The notes: generated by a model from the letters alone, not told the origin. Shown: positions 23,561 through 38,032, counted from the first letter of the stretch. The stretch: 60,816 nucleotides of DNA from Pelomyxa schiedti (GCA_020536535.1 JAHLWZ010000884.1:1-60816), one strand, 5' to 3'. Numbers and translations: made by a program.

Positions 23561-26500
23561 TTATTCACAATTCAGTGTCGGTGCTGTTAGGGGTAGAACT
23601 TCATCACTGTCCGAGTCACTTGACTCTGAACTGGATACTGCTGCTTCGTCACTGCTGCTGCTTTCGACTATTCCTACAATGGTGTCGTGGGTATCACCAT
23701 CCTTTGTAGTGACTCCTTCATCCTTCTCCATTGGTTGTTCAGTGGGTGCTGGTGCCGATGCAGTGGGAGATGTTAAGTTCGTGCCTGGTTCCTGTGACTG
23801 TGACTGTGTCTGTGGTTGTGGTTGAATGGAACCCCTGTTGCGGTCCTCTGCATGCCGCGACAATGTAGTAGTGCATGAGGAGGAGCTTGTTGTTGTGGTG
23901 GATGATGGGATTTTGCGAGAAAGTGGCCTTGATGGTCGTCTCCGAGCTTGTGGTGTTGTGGCAACATAGGACTCCAGTGCGCGCAGTGTATCTATTTTAT
24001 ATGTGGGCTTGAACTCGATAAGTGAAAAGGGGTTTGTTTTGTACCAGTATCGAGGGCATCTAAATCTATCTCCATTGCAGAAAGCTTGTTTTGCAATTTC
24101 ATTCCTGGTATGTGTTCTTGAATAATGCTAACAACCTTGGGCAATTTCTCGCCGGAGAGTCTATTTATTCTGAGGCTCAGCCGTCTCTTTTCCAAGTCAG
24201 ACAGTGGCTTTCGGCCGGAACGGCAATCGCCTACGCTCACACCTGAGTGAATGTTAAGCTGCCGTCTTTTAACATCAACAATATGGAGCGTACCGCGGTC
24301 AACGGAATCTACCTGTTGGTGGGAAATGGTGGCTTCTCTTTGTGTCCTGCTGACAACCCTTCCTTCTATCGGAATTCCAAGACCTTCTTCCTCCTCAGCC
24401 TGTCTTTTTTGCTTGATAGTTGCGATTTCGCCTGATAGTTGTTGCACAGCTTTGAACATCCTATCGATCTCTTTTTCGTACTGTGATTGGGTCATTCTTC
24501 CAACTACGGGAGTGAGTTCGCTGGTTGACTGTTTGTTGAATCATACTCTTTTCTATTTCCCTGTCCAAACCAGCCAGTTGGTCTTCGAATGATGCCTTTA
24601 GAGACTGTGCAGTGACGTGGATGGGGTGACCAGGAGGATTGTAAGCCATTGCATTGAAAAAGACAAGCCGCATCTGGGATGCAAACTCGGACGGGGAAGA
24701 GAACGTTCCGGTGTTGAGACGTGTCTGTAAGAAAAAAATTAGAAAAAAGTGTGGTATATGACTGCAGATTACCAGGATGGTACCAAAGTCCATGGGCTGT
24801 TTGATAATATCAAAATAATCTGGGATATTTAAAATCACAGGGTCGACGGGTTGGTTGAACGGTTTGGAAGATGGAAGTGCCATCATCTCTTGCAACATTT
24901 CTTTGCATCTTACGAGCTTAATAGGGGAGAAAATGTGTTCTTCTGCTGACCCCTATGGAAGTTTCAAACTTTTGAATTAAAATATGAGTGATACTTTGTG
25001 GTGACTTCTGGAGTGCTGTCTACCTTCAATAAGGGAGCGATGTTTGCTGTGATGTTTGTTGTGATCTCTTGTTTCCACCTTTTCGGAATTGGATGTTTTT
25101 TCCGATTCGTGAGGTTGCTGTACATCTGGGTCCATCCTGGTGGGATCCATACCAAATTCCTGTATGTGCTTTGGTTCTTCAATTTGAGCTATTTCAGAAG
25201 TAACAACAAGTTTTTCAAGAGCATTGGATCTGTCACCGGCACTGGAGGTATTCTCATCCTTGGACACTGCACCGTTGATACCTTCTCCAGTGGGGTGTTG
25301 CACTTTTGGTTCCCTGGATGTTGTGGAAGACTCAATGACTGGAGTGATAGATCCCGCTCCTTCCACAGAGTCGAGGTGTGCGTTCTTCAAACTGGATTGG
25401 TTTACTTGAATGTTTAATTCATTGGGGACTATAGTGGTCTCAGTATTTACGAAATCTGCCTCCCTTGCATCAAGCAGAGATTTTGTTGTAGGCTTTTTCC
25501 TTTTCATGCAGATTGCCATTTTCTCTTGAAAGCGAGTGCGAGGGTGAAACTTATGCTTGTGAACGTGAACAGGTCGTTGAAGGTGAACGGAAGATCTTCG
25601 CCTTCCCAAGTGCTGTCTTGGAGGGCGGGACGGAACGGATTGTGGATGCGCCTCTGTCTCATTTTCTTCTGCCGAATCAGCCAAAACGTTGTTGGACTTC
25701 TCATGTTCAGGCGATGCTTGTGGAGGCTGCCAAGTTGTGGTGGTTGGTTTTGAGTTGTTAGCTTCTGCCGAGCCCTCACTTGTAGGAAGGCGAGACGGTG
25801 TGAGTTCCACTTCCTCTGTAACAGTCTCTTCGACGTCGATGTTGGGATTTTCAGCACAACTCGCAGCAGAAGTGCTTTTGTTAACCTCCTGATTTTCCGC
25901 CACATCACCACTATCTTTGGTAGCCTTTGAAGAGAGTTTCACAAGTATCGGGGGTTGCAAGCACTCGTCATTTGGGAGCCCGAAATCGGCAAGGGGTTCA
26001 ATGGGTTCGGCTGTGACACCACCCTTGCTGTTGATTTGAGGACTTGCCATCTTCAAGTGTATGAAAAGGTGCCGGCTTATGGAGGAACCTTTTTTGGGTT
26101 TCCCTTGTTGAGAAGGTGGGAGTTCAGTTGCACCCTCATCGAAGTTCTTCTCCTTGGGTTTTGAGAGAAGAGTGGTTTGGATTGATACCGTTGCTAGTAA
26201 GGGACCCAAGTCAGAATCTCCTCGAACTTTTTCTGGTTTCTGAAGGGGATCAATGAGAAAAGGGAAAAAAAAAACATTCACTGACATGTATTTATAAATA
26301 AGATGAATAAAGAGTAGAGAATAAATAGGAGGTAGGGTTACATGCTTTGAGGCTGCTGCGCAGCTTTTCTTTGCTGCTAATCTCGTCACTCTCATAGTAA
26401 TTCTGGAGCTACTCTTCTTGTATTTTTTTTTGCTCTTGCATTGATGGGCAGTTGTTTGGTGGGAGGCAATGTCTGGTGGGGACCTCTTTGCTGAAGGAAG

Positions 26501-28604
26501 GTCAGTTGCAATTCTGGCGGTTTCACTTTGAGGTGCCTGTGTGAATAATTCGCAAGATGTCTGTGTGGGCTCTGTTGTAGATGACTGCACGGACTCGTTT
26601 GTGTTTGTCGAGGGGACTTGAAGGGGTTCTAATGCTGGAGGAATAACTGCTCTCATTGAATCTGGTGTTGCTGACGAGGGAAGTGGTACACTTGTCTCAG
26701 AGACAGTTTTAGATGAAGTAGCTTCAGGCGGTGCCATTGATGTGTTTTGAGATACCAGTGCACTGGGAGTAGGCAAATTTTTGTCTTCAACAGAAATACT
26801 TTCTTCCACGCAAAGTAATCTTTCCGTTTTCTGGGGTGCAATTTGTTAGAGTGACAACAACCTTTTATAATTGGAAAAGTACATGTCCAGGCAGAGGGGA
26901 GATTATTTTCCCGTTGCGCAATTGCATAGTCTTCCTTCTTTTTGCTGTCGGTGCTCTGAATGTTGTCATTTTGTTTGTTGGTACTTACGAGATGAAGAGA
27001 TAGATACTTGAGTTTGGTTTCTGTCATGATGTCGGCACCCAGCCCACCCGATGTGGGGGTCAACTGATCATTATCAACAGGTGGTGCCCTTTCAGGAGGC
27101 GTTGGTGGGGTTGGGGGCTCCAAAGTCCTGGTTGCATTTACATTTGGTGCGGATCCTGTCAGCTCATTTGCATCTTGGCATGCCAGGTTGTTTTCCCTTT
27201 TTTCTGTGAAAGAATTGGAATGTGTTAATGATGGTGGCATGCAGACACACCTTCAAGGGATAGTCTTGCTTCCCTCAATCTGGCCTGTTTAATTTTCTCC
27301 CTCCTCTCCCTTTCTCTTTCTCGTTTTCGTTTTCTTGCCAGTTCCAGCTTTTTTCCCAACTCATTTCTTTGCTTTTCCCTTGCCAATTTCTTCTCACGTT
27401 GCCGTTTCTCCAACTTTTTACAACGGTCATCTAGTCCTTCATTTTTAGTTTTCTCCGTACATTGCTGTAGTGTTGTATCTGCTTGCTTCGGTTTAGGCAT
27501 CTTTATGTGCTCTGGGGGTTCAATTTCAATTTCTGTATCACTGTCATTGTCTGGTATGCTTTCCTTGCACTTGGATGTGTGGGTAGTGGTTGACAAGCTT
27601 ACACTATTTCCAGCCATCTTACTGTTCTTTTTGGTACCTTTTCTATCTCTCAAAATTGGGCCATGGAAAGTCTTTGCCACAGGGGTGGTGCGTTTCTTTT
27701 CTTTTCTATCCCGATGATCTTTGCAGCTCTTTTTCGCATTGACTTTGTCGTGTGGGGTGGGTTCATCCTTGCATGAGTGTGACGATTTGAAGCCCTTTCC
27801 TCTTTTGGACTTTTTTTCTCCATCCCCTCTCACCTTAATGTGCTCTTTTTGCTTGCACTTGTGCTTGTGGTGATGTCCTTCGTCGTCCGCAATGCCCAGG
27901 TGCCTTTTACTCGCCCTGCGTTTGCTCTTGTCCTTGTCCCTGTGGCTGTGGTTACGCCTGCCACGACTACGGCCCGCCCTCTCATCAGCAGACGAACACG
28001 ATGAGCACGACGAAGAAGACGAAGAAGAAGAAGAAGAAGAAGAAGAGTAAGAGGAGTATGATGACGAGCACGACGACGACGAAGAAGATGTTGATGATGA
28101 TGACGACGACGAACGACGGCGGCGCCGGCGGGTGGCGGGGCGCGCCGCGGCACCGGCGGCGTCGGCCCTGTCCTTGTGCCCGCGCCTGCGCCGGCCCCTG
28201 CTCGTATCCCTCCCCCGCTCCTCTTTCCCCTTGCCGCTTCCTTTCCTCCTCCGCCCCTTTAGGGTAGCAGTGACGCCGCCGTCGCTGTCGCCCCCCGCCA
28301 GGTCCGCGGACGACGCAGTCATGGACGTGGTGGTGACCATGGTGGTGGTGGTCGTCGTTATCGTGGTGTCGCTGGCGAGATTGAGGAGGTTGAGGCTGAG
28401 GTTCACGGTGGCGGCGTCCCCGGCGGCGACCGCCGCGGCGCTGCCGATGCCCACGCCGACGCCGATGCGGGGCGGGTCGCCGCACGCCGTGTAGGCGGGC
28501 GCCCCCGGCTGCTGCCGAGCGCACTCGGGGAGAGGCCCGTCTGCGTCGATGATGATGGCGTCGTCTGGTCCCGCGCCCTTTGGTTGCTGCGTGCCGGTGC
28601 GCAT
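23561..28604 (-). CDS. large BET-type protein: long low-complexity N-terminus + bromodomain + ET (NET) domain; multi-exon (alternative start 28733)
   Basis: Bromodomain PFNQPVDP..IPDYFDIIKQPMDFGTI..LVFFNAMAYN; ET domain LSDLEKRRLS..IEIDLDALD-like; the overlapping ORFs join through GT-AG introns. Confidence 0.85.
27995..28115. repeat. (GAA/GAC/GAT)n trinucleotide tract encoding poly-Ser on the minus strand
   Basis: gaagaagaag../gacgacgac runs. Confidence 0.8.
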
Positions 28605-28821
28605 CCCCACGGCAGCCACACGGCCAAAACAACTCGGTTTTTTTCTTCCTTGTTCTTCACGGAAATCTGGGTCACTTTGGTGTCTGCCGAACAGAGCCCC
28701 GTTGCATAGCTCGAGACCAAACAAAGGGGTCATTCAGCACCGGCCTACGAAGAAACGGAACAAGGTAGAGACAAAATTGTATTTCTTCAAGTAGGACCTA
28801 ATACCAGAAACAGGGAGATAT

Positions 28822-31296
28822 TCAGTGGTGCCACGAGGTGGAGGCTTGGGATGCTACTTTGGCGGCAACTTTGGCGGCTTTGACCTCCATCTCTTTATCT
28901 TTCTTGGACTGAATCTTGTCGAGAACTTGTTGCTGTTTAAGGGGAACGGCGTCGGGCTTCATAATCCCAGTGGCACTCCAGTCGTGAACGGGGCACGAAG
29001 ACATAGCCTTGGTTACACGGGAAGGGATTGCGGGATCCAGTTGTATGGCGCATGACTTGGGGTTTTTGGCCTTGAAATGAGTGACTGGTACCGTTGGCTT
29101 CGTTTTAGCCCGCTTGATAAAGTCATTCACGGCGCGGCCGGCTGCTTTTGATTTCAGTGTCTCCTTTGGTTTCCGCACATAGAAATTTGACTTGGGGACA
29201 CAGAGTTCGTGTCTTCCGGCTTCCTTCATTTCCTCCAGGAGTTGATCACACCTTGACTTCCTCTCCTCGAATTCCACGAGGGTATTTAGGCAGGATCCTG
29301 CGGCGGTAACAGACTTGTAAACAAGGAAAGCACAGCCTTCATCCCATTTGCCGTCAACTTGGGTGAATTCTCCAAAGCTGCGGAAAATGTTCAGAAGGTT
29401 GTCAATGCGCTGCTGTTTGAGGATTCTCTTATCCTCCTCTTCGATATCCTTTTTCTTCTTTATATCATCAAAAACGATATGACCCTGCAGCTTCATAAGA
29501 CGACACTCGTTGGGGTGATTGGAATGGTACCACAAAAACTTTGCGCGAGTTCACAGCTGGTAGAGGCAACGGAGGTGGAGGTAACCCACTATTCGCACGT
29601 CGCTCTTTCTTCAGTTTTCTAAGCATGTAGGCAGCTTTCTTTTTCTCCTTTTCTGCTGCTTCTTCCATTTGCTAATGCGGCTCAGTTTGAATGTGACATA
29701 AGTTTGAAAGCACACCTTTCGCAGTTCTTCCTCCCTTTTTCGAATTTCATACTCCTCCTTTCGCTTAGCTTTTTCAATAGCTTTTTGTTCCCTTTCTTTC
29801 TGTCTTTTGGTTTCAGCTGCCGCAATTTTGGCGAGCTTTGAAAATGTCACAATGAAGTTTAGAAAAGAAATAGAGGGCAAACTTTGGCAGCCTGTCTGGC
29901 TTGCAGTTCAGCCTCTTTCTTAGCTTCTTCAGCCCGTATTCGTTTGAGTTCCAGTTCCTCGAGTTCTTGCCTTGTCCTTTTGTGTGCCTGTTCGATGTCT
30001 TCAAGCAATTGGTTCCTCTGAGAGATCTCAGTGAAAGAAAAAAAAAAAAGATGCAAGCAACCTTCTGTGACGCTATGGTCGTTGCTTTTCGATACTGCAA
30101 CAAAGATTCTTTAAATTCATTGCGTGAGCGCTCAGTTTGTTCTTTTTGTTGTTTTAGTTCTTTTTGGTGTACCCTTGAAAAAGTCAGACCCAAGTGTATA
30201 AAATGAGCATTCATACCTACGAGCGGCTGCCTGTTCCTTTTGTCTTCGTTGAATTTCAGATTTTCTTGCTGAAATGACTTGTTGTCGTGCAGAATGCAGT
30301 GCTTCTTTCTGCTCTGCGATTCTCTTATGCAAAATTTCACTAAACAAGATGAGCAAACAGTATCAAAAAAAAAAAAAGGGGTACGTTGGTTCGTTGGTTC
30401 TCTTGGCAGTAGAAGAGGCGAGAAGCTGTTGCCTCTCAGCTTGCAATTGGGCTTGCTTTTGGAGACGTTTAGTTTCACGCTCTTTAACAAGAGAACCAAG
30501 TGCAACCGTTCGTTTGGGCTGAAAGCAGAATAAGTGGTTGGTGCATAAACAGGAGGGTAATGGTACCTTGGAAGTGCTGGCAGCTGATGCTCTGGTAGCT
30601 GATGCTTTATAGGCACCAGAACCAATTCTCGAGCTCCTCGTAACAGTTGAGGTGGTGACTCTGGTCCTCGACACACTCCTCAGCTTGGTCCTGGGCTCAG
30701 TGGAACCCAGTACTTGCTTCAGAATGGAGCTGAAGGAAGAGCAAACCACTGCTGGCTCAGTATTGCGAGGAAGCAGACCTCTGCACAGATTATGAAGCTG
30801 GCAGATGGCTTGACGGACCCGAGTGAGAGGAACGCTGGTAAATGTGGTGCCTGCAAGACCCCACATAGCCCGGCCAAATTGGCACACACTGTTGCATACC
30901 AGAGATTCCTCGCTGGGAGCAAACGTGGTGGCCACCTGAGTTCCCAGGTAGCGGTATGGCCAGCTGTCCAGGCAACGACCTTGAATCACACAGCATTTCA
31001 CATATTCAGGAGTTACCACCTGAACGCCATATGAAAGAGCCGTGCGTATTTTAATATCCGGTGTGGCCAACTGATTTTTCGTAACCACCAAGAACGTAGT
31101 CTAAAAAAAAAAAGTTAGATCTCACGAGAAGCGTTTAGCAGAGAGTAAAAAAAAAAAAAGGCAGAATACACACTCGTTTGGTTACAATGGCCGACACGGT
31201 ACCGCCCTTCTTGTGAATGACCCCAGCCAAGAACTTCTTAGCGGCCATGGACACGCTGTTGCCCAGATCCAACACCCATTCCCCTGCAAGTGTCAT
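28822..31296 (-). CDS. BRCT domain + long coiled coil + RRM-like domain protein; multi-exon
   Basis: BRCT: IHKKGGTVSAIVTKRTTFLVVT..ALSYGVQVVTPEYVKCC; E/K/Q/R-rich coil; spliced RNP2-like RKVFVGHI and RNP1-like GCAFLVY. Confidence 0.75.
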
Positions 31297-31699
31297 GTAC
31301 CAATGTCCGCTTGGTTGGGGGGGTTGGTTTGTGGCTTTTTTCTTTTTTTTTTAATTTTTAGAGGGTGCTGCCGTGCGTCGTTTGTTCGGTGTTGTGTTGG
31401 TTTTCCTGTTGTTTTGGGTTTTGTTTTTTTTTTTTTTTGTACTTCTGGGTGGCAACGAAAGGGTAAAAAAACACTCAAAAGTGAGTGTTCCTGATGTGGA
31501 ATGGCATATTTTGTGGAATCCACCTTTCTATCTCGACATGGAACCTCTCAGTGCTCTTGCAGACTCCCGATCAAGCACGAACTCTTGGCAGCTTTGTCCT
31601 CACCTGTGAGAGTGATAGCCTAACAACCCCCCTTTGAGAAGAGTGATCGCTTGTTCGCTTCCATCAAGAGTTAGGTCTCCCCGAAGAACAACTTGGAAG

Positions 31700-32892
31700 A
31701 TGAGAAGTGCTAGTGTCAAAACGACAATCAACGTCGAACTACTGAAGTCCTCAGTTGAAGGTTCCTCGTTGTTGTTCAGTGGGGTTTTTGTTGAGACGAA
31801 CTGCCCACAGAATTCGGCAACCTTGTTGCACAGACCAGGGACTTGATCAGTGCTCGCGATTCTCAATCAAACAGGACCACATTGTGTGTTGTTAGTGTAG
31901 ACACGATTTAGACGGAACTCAAACGTTACATCTAAGGAGAGCAACTGCGGAATCTGCCAACTCAACAATGAGGTCTATTTCTCTACAGGTGGACGCTATT
32001 CCTCCTTCTGGGTAACGCCTAGATTTTAATGCTCTTCTGTTCTGGATAACCTGTATTTTTTATGGTAGGCAACCCCTAGAACTCACAAGGACCATCCAAA
32101 GTTTCAGACAATTCTCGGCGATTTTCAAGCAAGTACACCCCGCTGCCCTCGAGAAGCTAGCAAAACCTATGCCAATTTCAACATACTCTGCGGCTATGGA
32201 GGGGACCTCTACAGTTGTGTCAATTTTTGGTTGTCACATGACATTTATTTCACACAGGCTGCTGTGCATCATGCAGAACCTAGTTTTGGCACACAATCCA
32301 GGTTTAGTTTTTAAACATGTTTTCATAGTCGGAGAATGAACACAGTGAAGTCAGCAGGATTTGGAACAAATTGATGCTGAGATAGAACACAACAATCTGA
32401 TCATACAAGACAGGCAACAAAGCATTCACCAAATACAAACCAAAGTCGAGGAGGTAAACATAATTTTCAAGGACTTGGCGGAAATCATCAACGAACAAGC
32501 CCCTCTTGTTGGTAATTTCCTTTCTTTGCAGTTTCTCTCTTCCTCACCATGAAACAGATAACATTGAACACAATATTGAAGTTGCATCAAGACACACAGA
32601 CCGCGGTGTGCAAGAGCTTGTTGCGGCCGAGAAGAGCTCTAAAAGGTCCTTTTTGTTTTTTTAGTGTACAGTTCCTTCTTTATAAAGAAGTCTTTTATGG
32701 AATAGAAAAGAAAATGTTTATTCCTTTTGGCTTATGTGGAAACACACAGTTTTTTTTTTATACTTTGATGCTCGTGATAAACAAAAACCAGTCAGTTAGT
32801 GACCTTGGGCTGCAATTTGCCTTCTTATTGTAAGTTTCGAAACTGGTGTTAATTAATTGCCATACCTTGTGGATGTTGTCTGGTTGAAGTAA
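31700..32892 (+). CDS. Qa-SNARE syntaxin (syntaxin-7/PEP12-like); 3' TM exons uncertain
   Basis: SNARE motif DRQQSIHQIQTKVEEVNIIFKDLAEIINEQAPLVDNIEHNI..GVQEL; Habc-like N-terminal exons. Confidence 0.8.
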
Positions 32893-32912
32893 GATTAGTT
32901 ACAAAGGTTTTT

Positions 32913-34321
32913 TCATGGCACACAACAAACCTGAGGTGGAGGTTGTGCGGCTGTGGTACTGGTTGTATTTGTGGATCCGTACTGCAATTTGAGCTGTTTC
33001 AACTTTTTTTGTGTTAGTATTGTGTGTTGGATCAGGAGAAATGAGGTTGGAAGTACAAGGGATGCATCCAGTTCTTCACCAAACACAGTGGCCAGGAAGG
33101 CAAAAATGGATTCTTGGGTGATCTATGATTCAAGTTACATTGTGAATTCATAAATATGAAGTATACTTCATGGGCTGATCTTGGACCAGGAGAAAAAAGA
33201 ACCCTTTTTTCTCCTTTAACTTTGTTCTTTGTCAAATAACTGCAGAGAGTAAGTAAAGATCAATATATTAGAAGTTTTTTTTTGTGCGAAATGACTTGCA
33301 GTGATTTCTCTTGTAAAAAACCCTTCAGAGCAAAATTTCTTCAATGCTTTTTCCAGGGAACCAACTTCGGCGTGGTCGAGATGGTCAGGATGGTTAGCAT
33401 CTTTGGCAGAAAACCCGAGGAGAGCCATTTGTTCATAAAGGGAATCTTGGTGCACATGAGTCTTTGAATAAAGAGCAAGTTCAAACCTCGATCCAGAGGT
33501 AATTGATTAAGTAAAATTAACGAGAGAATGGTAATAAGAAGCCCTTTATCAGTCAGATCAGTGTCAGACCACTTGACACCCTCCCGCAAAGATTCAGGTA
33601 CAGTGTTTTTAAGAATGAAACCAGAGGTTGTTGCTTTTTTTTTTGAGGGATCTTGACAATGCTGATTAGAAACAGAAACCAAATAAAACTACAACCTTTG
33701 GTGGCTCGTTGGCACTCACAGACTTCAAAGCTTTCAGATGTCACCACAAATTCGCCAGTTAGCAGAATGCATGACTACATTAGGTATACCCAAAAGCGTC
33801 TTTTAAAATTTCGTAGGCGTCCTCTATAATAGACTTGGTTGTCTTTGTTGAAAGTGAGCCTTTGTATTTTGCAAAAGCGCGGCTAGTGATATCAGCTCGG
33901 CGAATAGGGTGTTTGTTCGTGTCACATTGCAATAAAACTCGAACTGCATTAGATACAAGACGGCGCCTTTCCTTGAGTGATGTGAAATGAAATGCAAGCG
34001 CGCCTCACACTGAGGCTTTTCAAGATACTGAAGGATCCAGTTCATCCTCTGAATCTGCGTCCCCATATTCATCATCATCAGGACGAGCAACTTTTCTTCT
34101 TGAACTCTACAAAACAAAAGCATGAAGAGTACCTGTGTTGTAGTTGTCCTTGACCCTTAAAGATAACGTTGGGAAAAAAAAAACCACCCAAAGAAAAAGG
34201 AAATGAAATACAATACTTTTATTGGCTGGTGGTTCCGCTTCGGTTGCTTTCTGCAATACCCATAATTAGCAAACAACCCAGAAGAAAAATGATCACTTAC
34301 AGCAGGTCTCCCTCTTGGCAT
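32913..34321 (-). CDS. NSE3: MAGE-domain protein / Smc5-6 subunit NSE3; multi-exon
   Basis: LVSNAVRVLL..HPIRRADI..AYEILKDAFG, FILKN, KGLLITILSLILLN, GPRSAHEI. Confidence 0.8.
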
Positions 34322-34485
34322 CACCGTCGCTTTCCGTTCGTTTTTAATCTTTTTTGATGAAGATGATCTATTGGATCTCTGAGATCAGAAAACCAGCGTT
34401 TCAAAGAGGAAGTCGCGGAAGAAAAATTAAAAGAAAGCAAAGAAACAGCGAAGAGGGACTGTGACGAAGCACGTGGGGTGTGTCG

Positions 34486-36845
34486 ATGATTGACGCATTT
34501 TCGCAGTTGTCGAGTGCTGTGGGATCTGTGGCTGGTATTGTGCTCAAAGCGACTTCCGACGATACAGACCCAACTCCTGGCTACGTTTACATTGAAATAA
34601 ACAGTACTCTCACTACCACGAAATATGAACAGTTCGATTTGTTAGTTGTTTTAGGTGCCTTGTTTGCTTTTTTCTCAATTTCTTTAGAACTCAGTGCCAC
34701 TGCCTCACATGAGCTTGTGGATTACCTAATAAAGCGACTTCACAAAAACTCCCCGTTTGTAAAATCCAAAGTACTCAAAGTTGTGAAACATGGACTGGAT
34801 GGTGGAAGTCCCTCATTTAGGTCTGAATTGCAGCCCAAGGTGGACGAGTTTAGGCATTGTTTAAGTAATTTCTACTCACAAATGCACCAAATAAATATCC
34901 CCACAGGTTTCAGTGGTCCTCCTGACCCCCTCCGAGGAGATGAGCCCTATGTAACTGTGCGAAAGGAAGCACAGGTTTTTATTTTCATGTACCTTTTCTT
35001 TTTTTGTTTCCTAACCCTACAAAGGACGTAATAAACATGTTGTTCCAAGCACCTTCTCCAAGGCGTGATAACATGAAGGACTCTCCTCATACCGCCGTCA
35101 CAGCGTACTCAACTCGTACGTCAATGCCAGCAATCGAGGGCGGCTATGGCGGGATGGGAAGTGGGGGAAGTCTCAATACCAACAGTGGGACCAGCACAGC
35201 CGTATCTGCCCTATCTCAAGCTGGTACAGCCGTCGTTAATGCCAGTGCTTCGGCAGTATCCACTGCTGCCAGTGCGGTTGCTGAACTCATAAAAAAGGTT
35301 TTCCTCACAATTTTTCTCAAAAGACTTACTTCCAAACAGGTGGGTGGTAAAACAGATGAAGGTGCCTATAGTTCGTCAATAGAATCTCCATCTTCAGGGA
35401 GATATACTCCTGCAGCATTTAAATACAACCAACCGAGCTCCAACTATGGATCTTTTGAATTTCATAACAGTGCACCAAAGACATACTATGAACGACAAAA
35501 CATGCAACTACCAGCAACACCCCCAACTCACCGTCAACCAAATGAATCAAGGTTAATATTTTTTCAATCCTCTTGTTGCCTCACTTTGCTACCTTTAGAA
35601 CTGAAGACAGTGACAGCCCTGAATATATTCTCGTTCACAATTTCGCTACAGACAGCGGAATCCGTGTCATTCCCACACAGACAGAGTTGATTGAATTTGT
35701 CACTTCAGCCAAAGGACTGGAGAAACCAGTAGTAATTGATGAAACCCTCAAGGCTCTTTCAGACAAAAGTTGGAAAGTTCGTATGGTAAGATAATCCCCA
35801 AAATGCCATCTTTTTGCTCTATCAGTCTTGACATGACTTCGCATCATTTCATGTTAGCAATTCATAAACACCAGACAAATAGAAAGCTCTATGTGCCATT
35901 GAAGCTATGCTTAATGACCCCGAATTTGCCAGACTACAACAATACTTCGAGGCCAACGTAGAGAGTATTCGTATTCTGTGTGAGTATTCACAATCGAGTG
36001 TTAGAGAAAAAGCCACAAATGTACTTTCTTATCGGCAGTAAACACCGAAAGGCGACTCAAATTTGGCTAGATTATTTCTCGACTGGATCCTAAGTCAGCC
36101 CTACCTGTGGCCCAGACGCACCCTCAACCAAATCTATTACTAATGCCTGAGCAACAAGAACAGGCACAACAGACCCCTGCCAATCTTCTATTGTTCGGGT
36201 CAGAAATTTCAACACCCGCATCACCATCCACTGGAGCGTTCTCCTTTATCCTGGACAACACCCCCTCTCAGCACACAACTACACACACAGATAGTGGGAT
36301 GGGGAATATGTTCAATGGTCTCTCGGTCGATTCTAATCCCCCACAAACAAACTTCCCATCAACTAGTCACTCAGCCAATAAGCTTCTGGACTTTACTACT
36401 GAAGACCTTCCATCAGTACTTTCTCCATCCAATAATGCCTACTGACTTTTTACTGCAGAACCCTATAACTGAATTAATATACACGCCAAATTCCACCTTT
36501 ACCAGACAACCCGTTCCTACACCAGCACCCACAACCGCAACACCAACACCTCAAACAAAGTCAAACACAGCAATAAACGCCAATGCATTGTTTGACTCCC
36601 CCCCACCCTCTGCCGCCTTACTTGGTGTTGGGGACCTCCTTCTAATAAACAACCCAGCACCGCGGGCCAACACCAACAAAACCTCAGCCTCCAGCAGCAC
36701 CAACACCACAGCCTTTTCGTTCATCAACAGCTGTGATTCAACTTACATCAGCACGACACCTCTTGACAAGGGAAAATCCTGCAACGATCCTCACCAGTGC
36801 TGGGACTGGGTCAAGGACGCTATGCAAGCACACCAATCCTCCTAG
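34486..36845 (+). CDS. TEPSIN: tepsin (AP-4 accessory protein; ENTH + VHS-like domains)
   Basis: KATSDDTDPTPGY..KVLKVVK..GPPDPLRGD..VRKEAQ; second helical domain ..SWKVRMKALCAIEA; tail motifs MFNGLSV and AFSFIN resemble the AP-4 beta/epsilon ear-binding motifs. Confidence 0.88.
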
Positions 36846-36979
36846 TCAGTGAGTTCAGTGTGAGTCTTCCAAGCATAGCAAACCACAAATTCCTCTCTTC
36901 CTCCTTATCACTCCATAAACGAAAGCAATAAGACATACATCAGTCTCGTATTATTATCAAATCATTGGTTGTTCCCGGC

Positions 36980-38032
36980 CTAGTGATGGCTTTTGTGCTT
37001 GTGGTGACCTGACGAGTGAGAATGGGACGAGGAATGGGAAGAAGGTGATGGATTGGAAGTTGTAGTATAACTAGCCGGAGCTGTTGTGGGAGTGGCTACT
37101 GCCGTTGCTGTTGCGGTTGCTGCTGCTGTTGATGGCGGTGGAGTGGGCTGTGTGGTGGCTGATGTAGGAGTTGCCGCAGGGGTGGCGGGAGCCGCTGTGC
37201 CTGTTGCAGTGGCGGCGGGATCCTCTGCGCCTCCTTGTTGTGCGAGGGCTTCCTTCAGTTGGATCAAATTCCGCTCCGCCACCTCGAGGGTGAGGCGTTC
37301 TTCGCCGGGGATTGGACTCACATTGACTTCGGCGGGTGCCTTTTTCCAGAGGTTGACGGATCGCTGGATAATCTTCACGGCATCCCGGCAGTTCCCGTTC
37401 GCGGCAGTGAGTACTCCTACATCAACTGTTGTCTTGGATTGAGTCACAAGTAAAATGGCCGAAGGACATACAAATTAACGGAGCAAGGTGAGGCGAGTGC
37501 TTTGTGTGAACCGTCTCCCACAAACCCAGGGACGCTTTGTACGCTTGAAGGGCCTTGGTGATGTCACGGGCAGGGCAGCTGGCCATGTAATAGCCTAAGC
37601 CAAGAAGTGCTAGGGCAAGGTCCTACACCAGATTGTGAGTTGTTAGGGAGGTGAATCAAGACTGAACTGTTTTAGGGGAATTGGGTTTCTCTGCATCAAC
37701 CATTGCCTTTGTAAAAGCATCTTTGGCTTTCATCCAATTTTTTGCCTCCACAGCCTAAATTGGTATGCGGAGCGAAGTAAGTCTATTTAGCCTCTTAAGT
37801 TGGTTACTTATAAAATCACTTGAGTAATGATGTAAAATACAACGAATTACTACACTCACGTGGAGTCCAGAAACAAATTGAATCGAAGCTGAGGAGGGTT
37901 GTGGTGTGCCTCGCTTGTCATCAGCACTAATAACAACTAGACTTTCTAGTAGTCTGTTTTTTTTTTTTGAGCTACTTGACAATTATCACGAAAGTACCGT
38001 ATTGGGCTCGAAATGGGGCTGTCTTGAGACAT
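36980..38032 (-). CDS. small TPR-like protein with Ala/Thr- and His-rich tail; multi-exon
   Basis: Helical pairs FVSGLHAVEAKNWMKAKDAFTKA, ALALLGLGYY..KALQAYKASLGLW, DVGVL..AVKIIQRSVNLW. Confidence 0.6.

Noticed and set aside
24977-28733. Overlapping long ORFs in different frames suggesting programmed frameshifts
   Set aside because: Each frame change is bridged by an ordinary short GT-AG intron.
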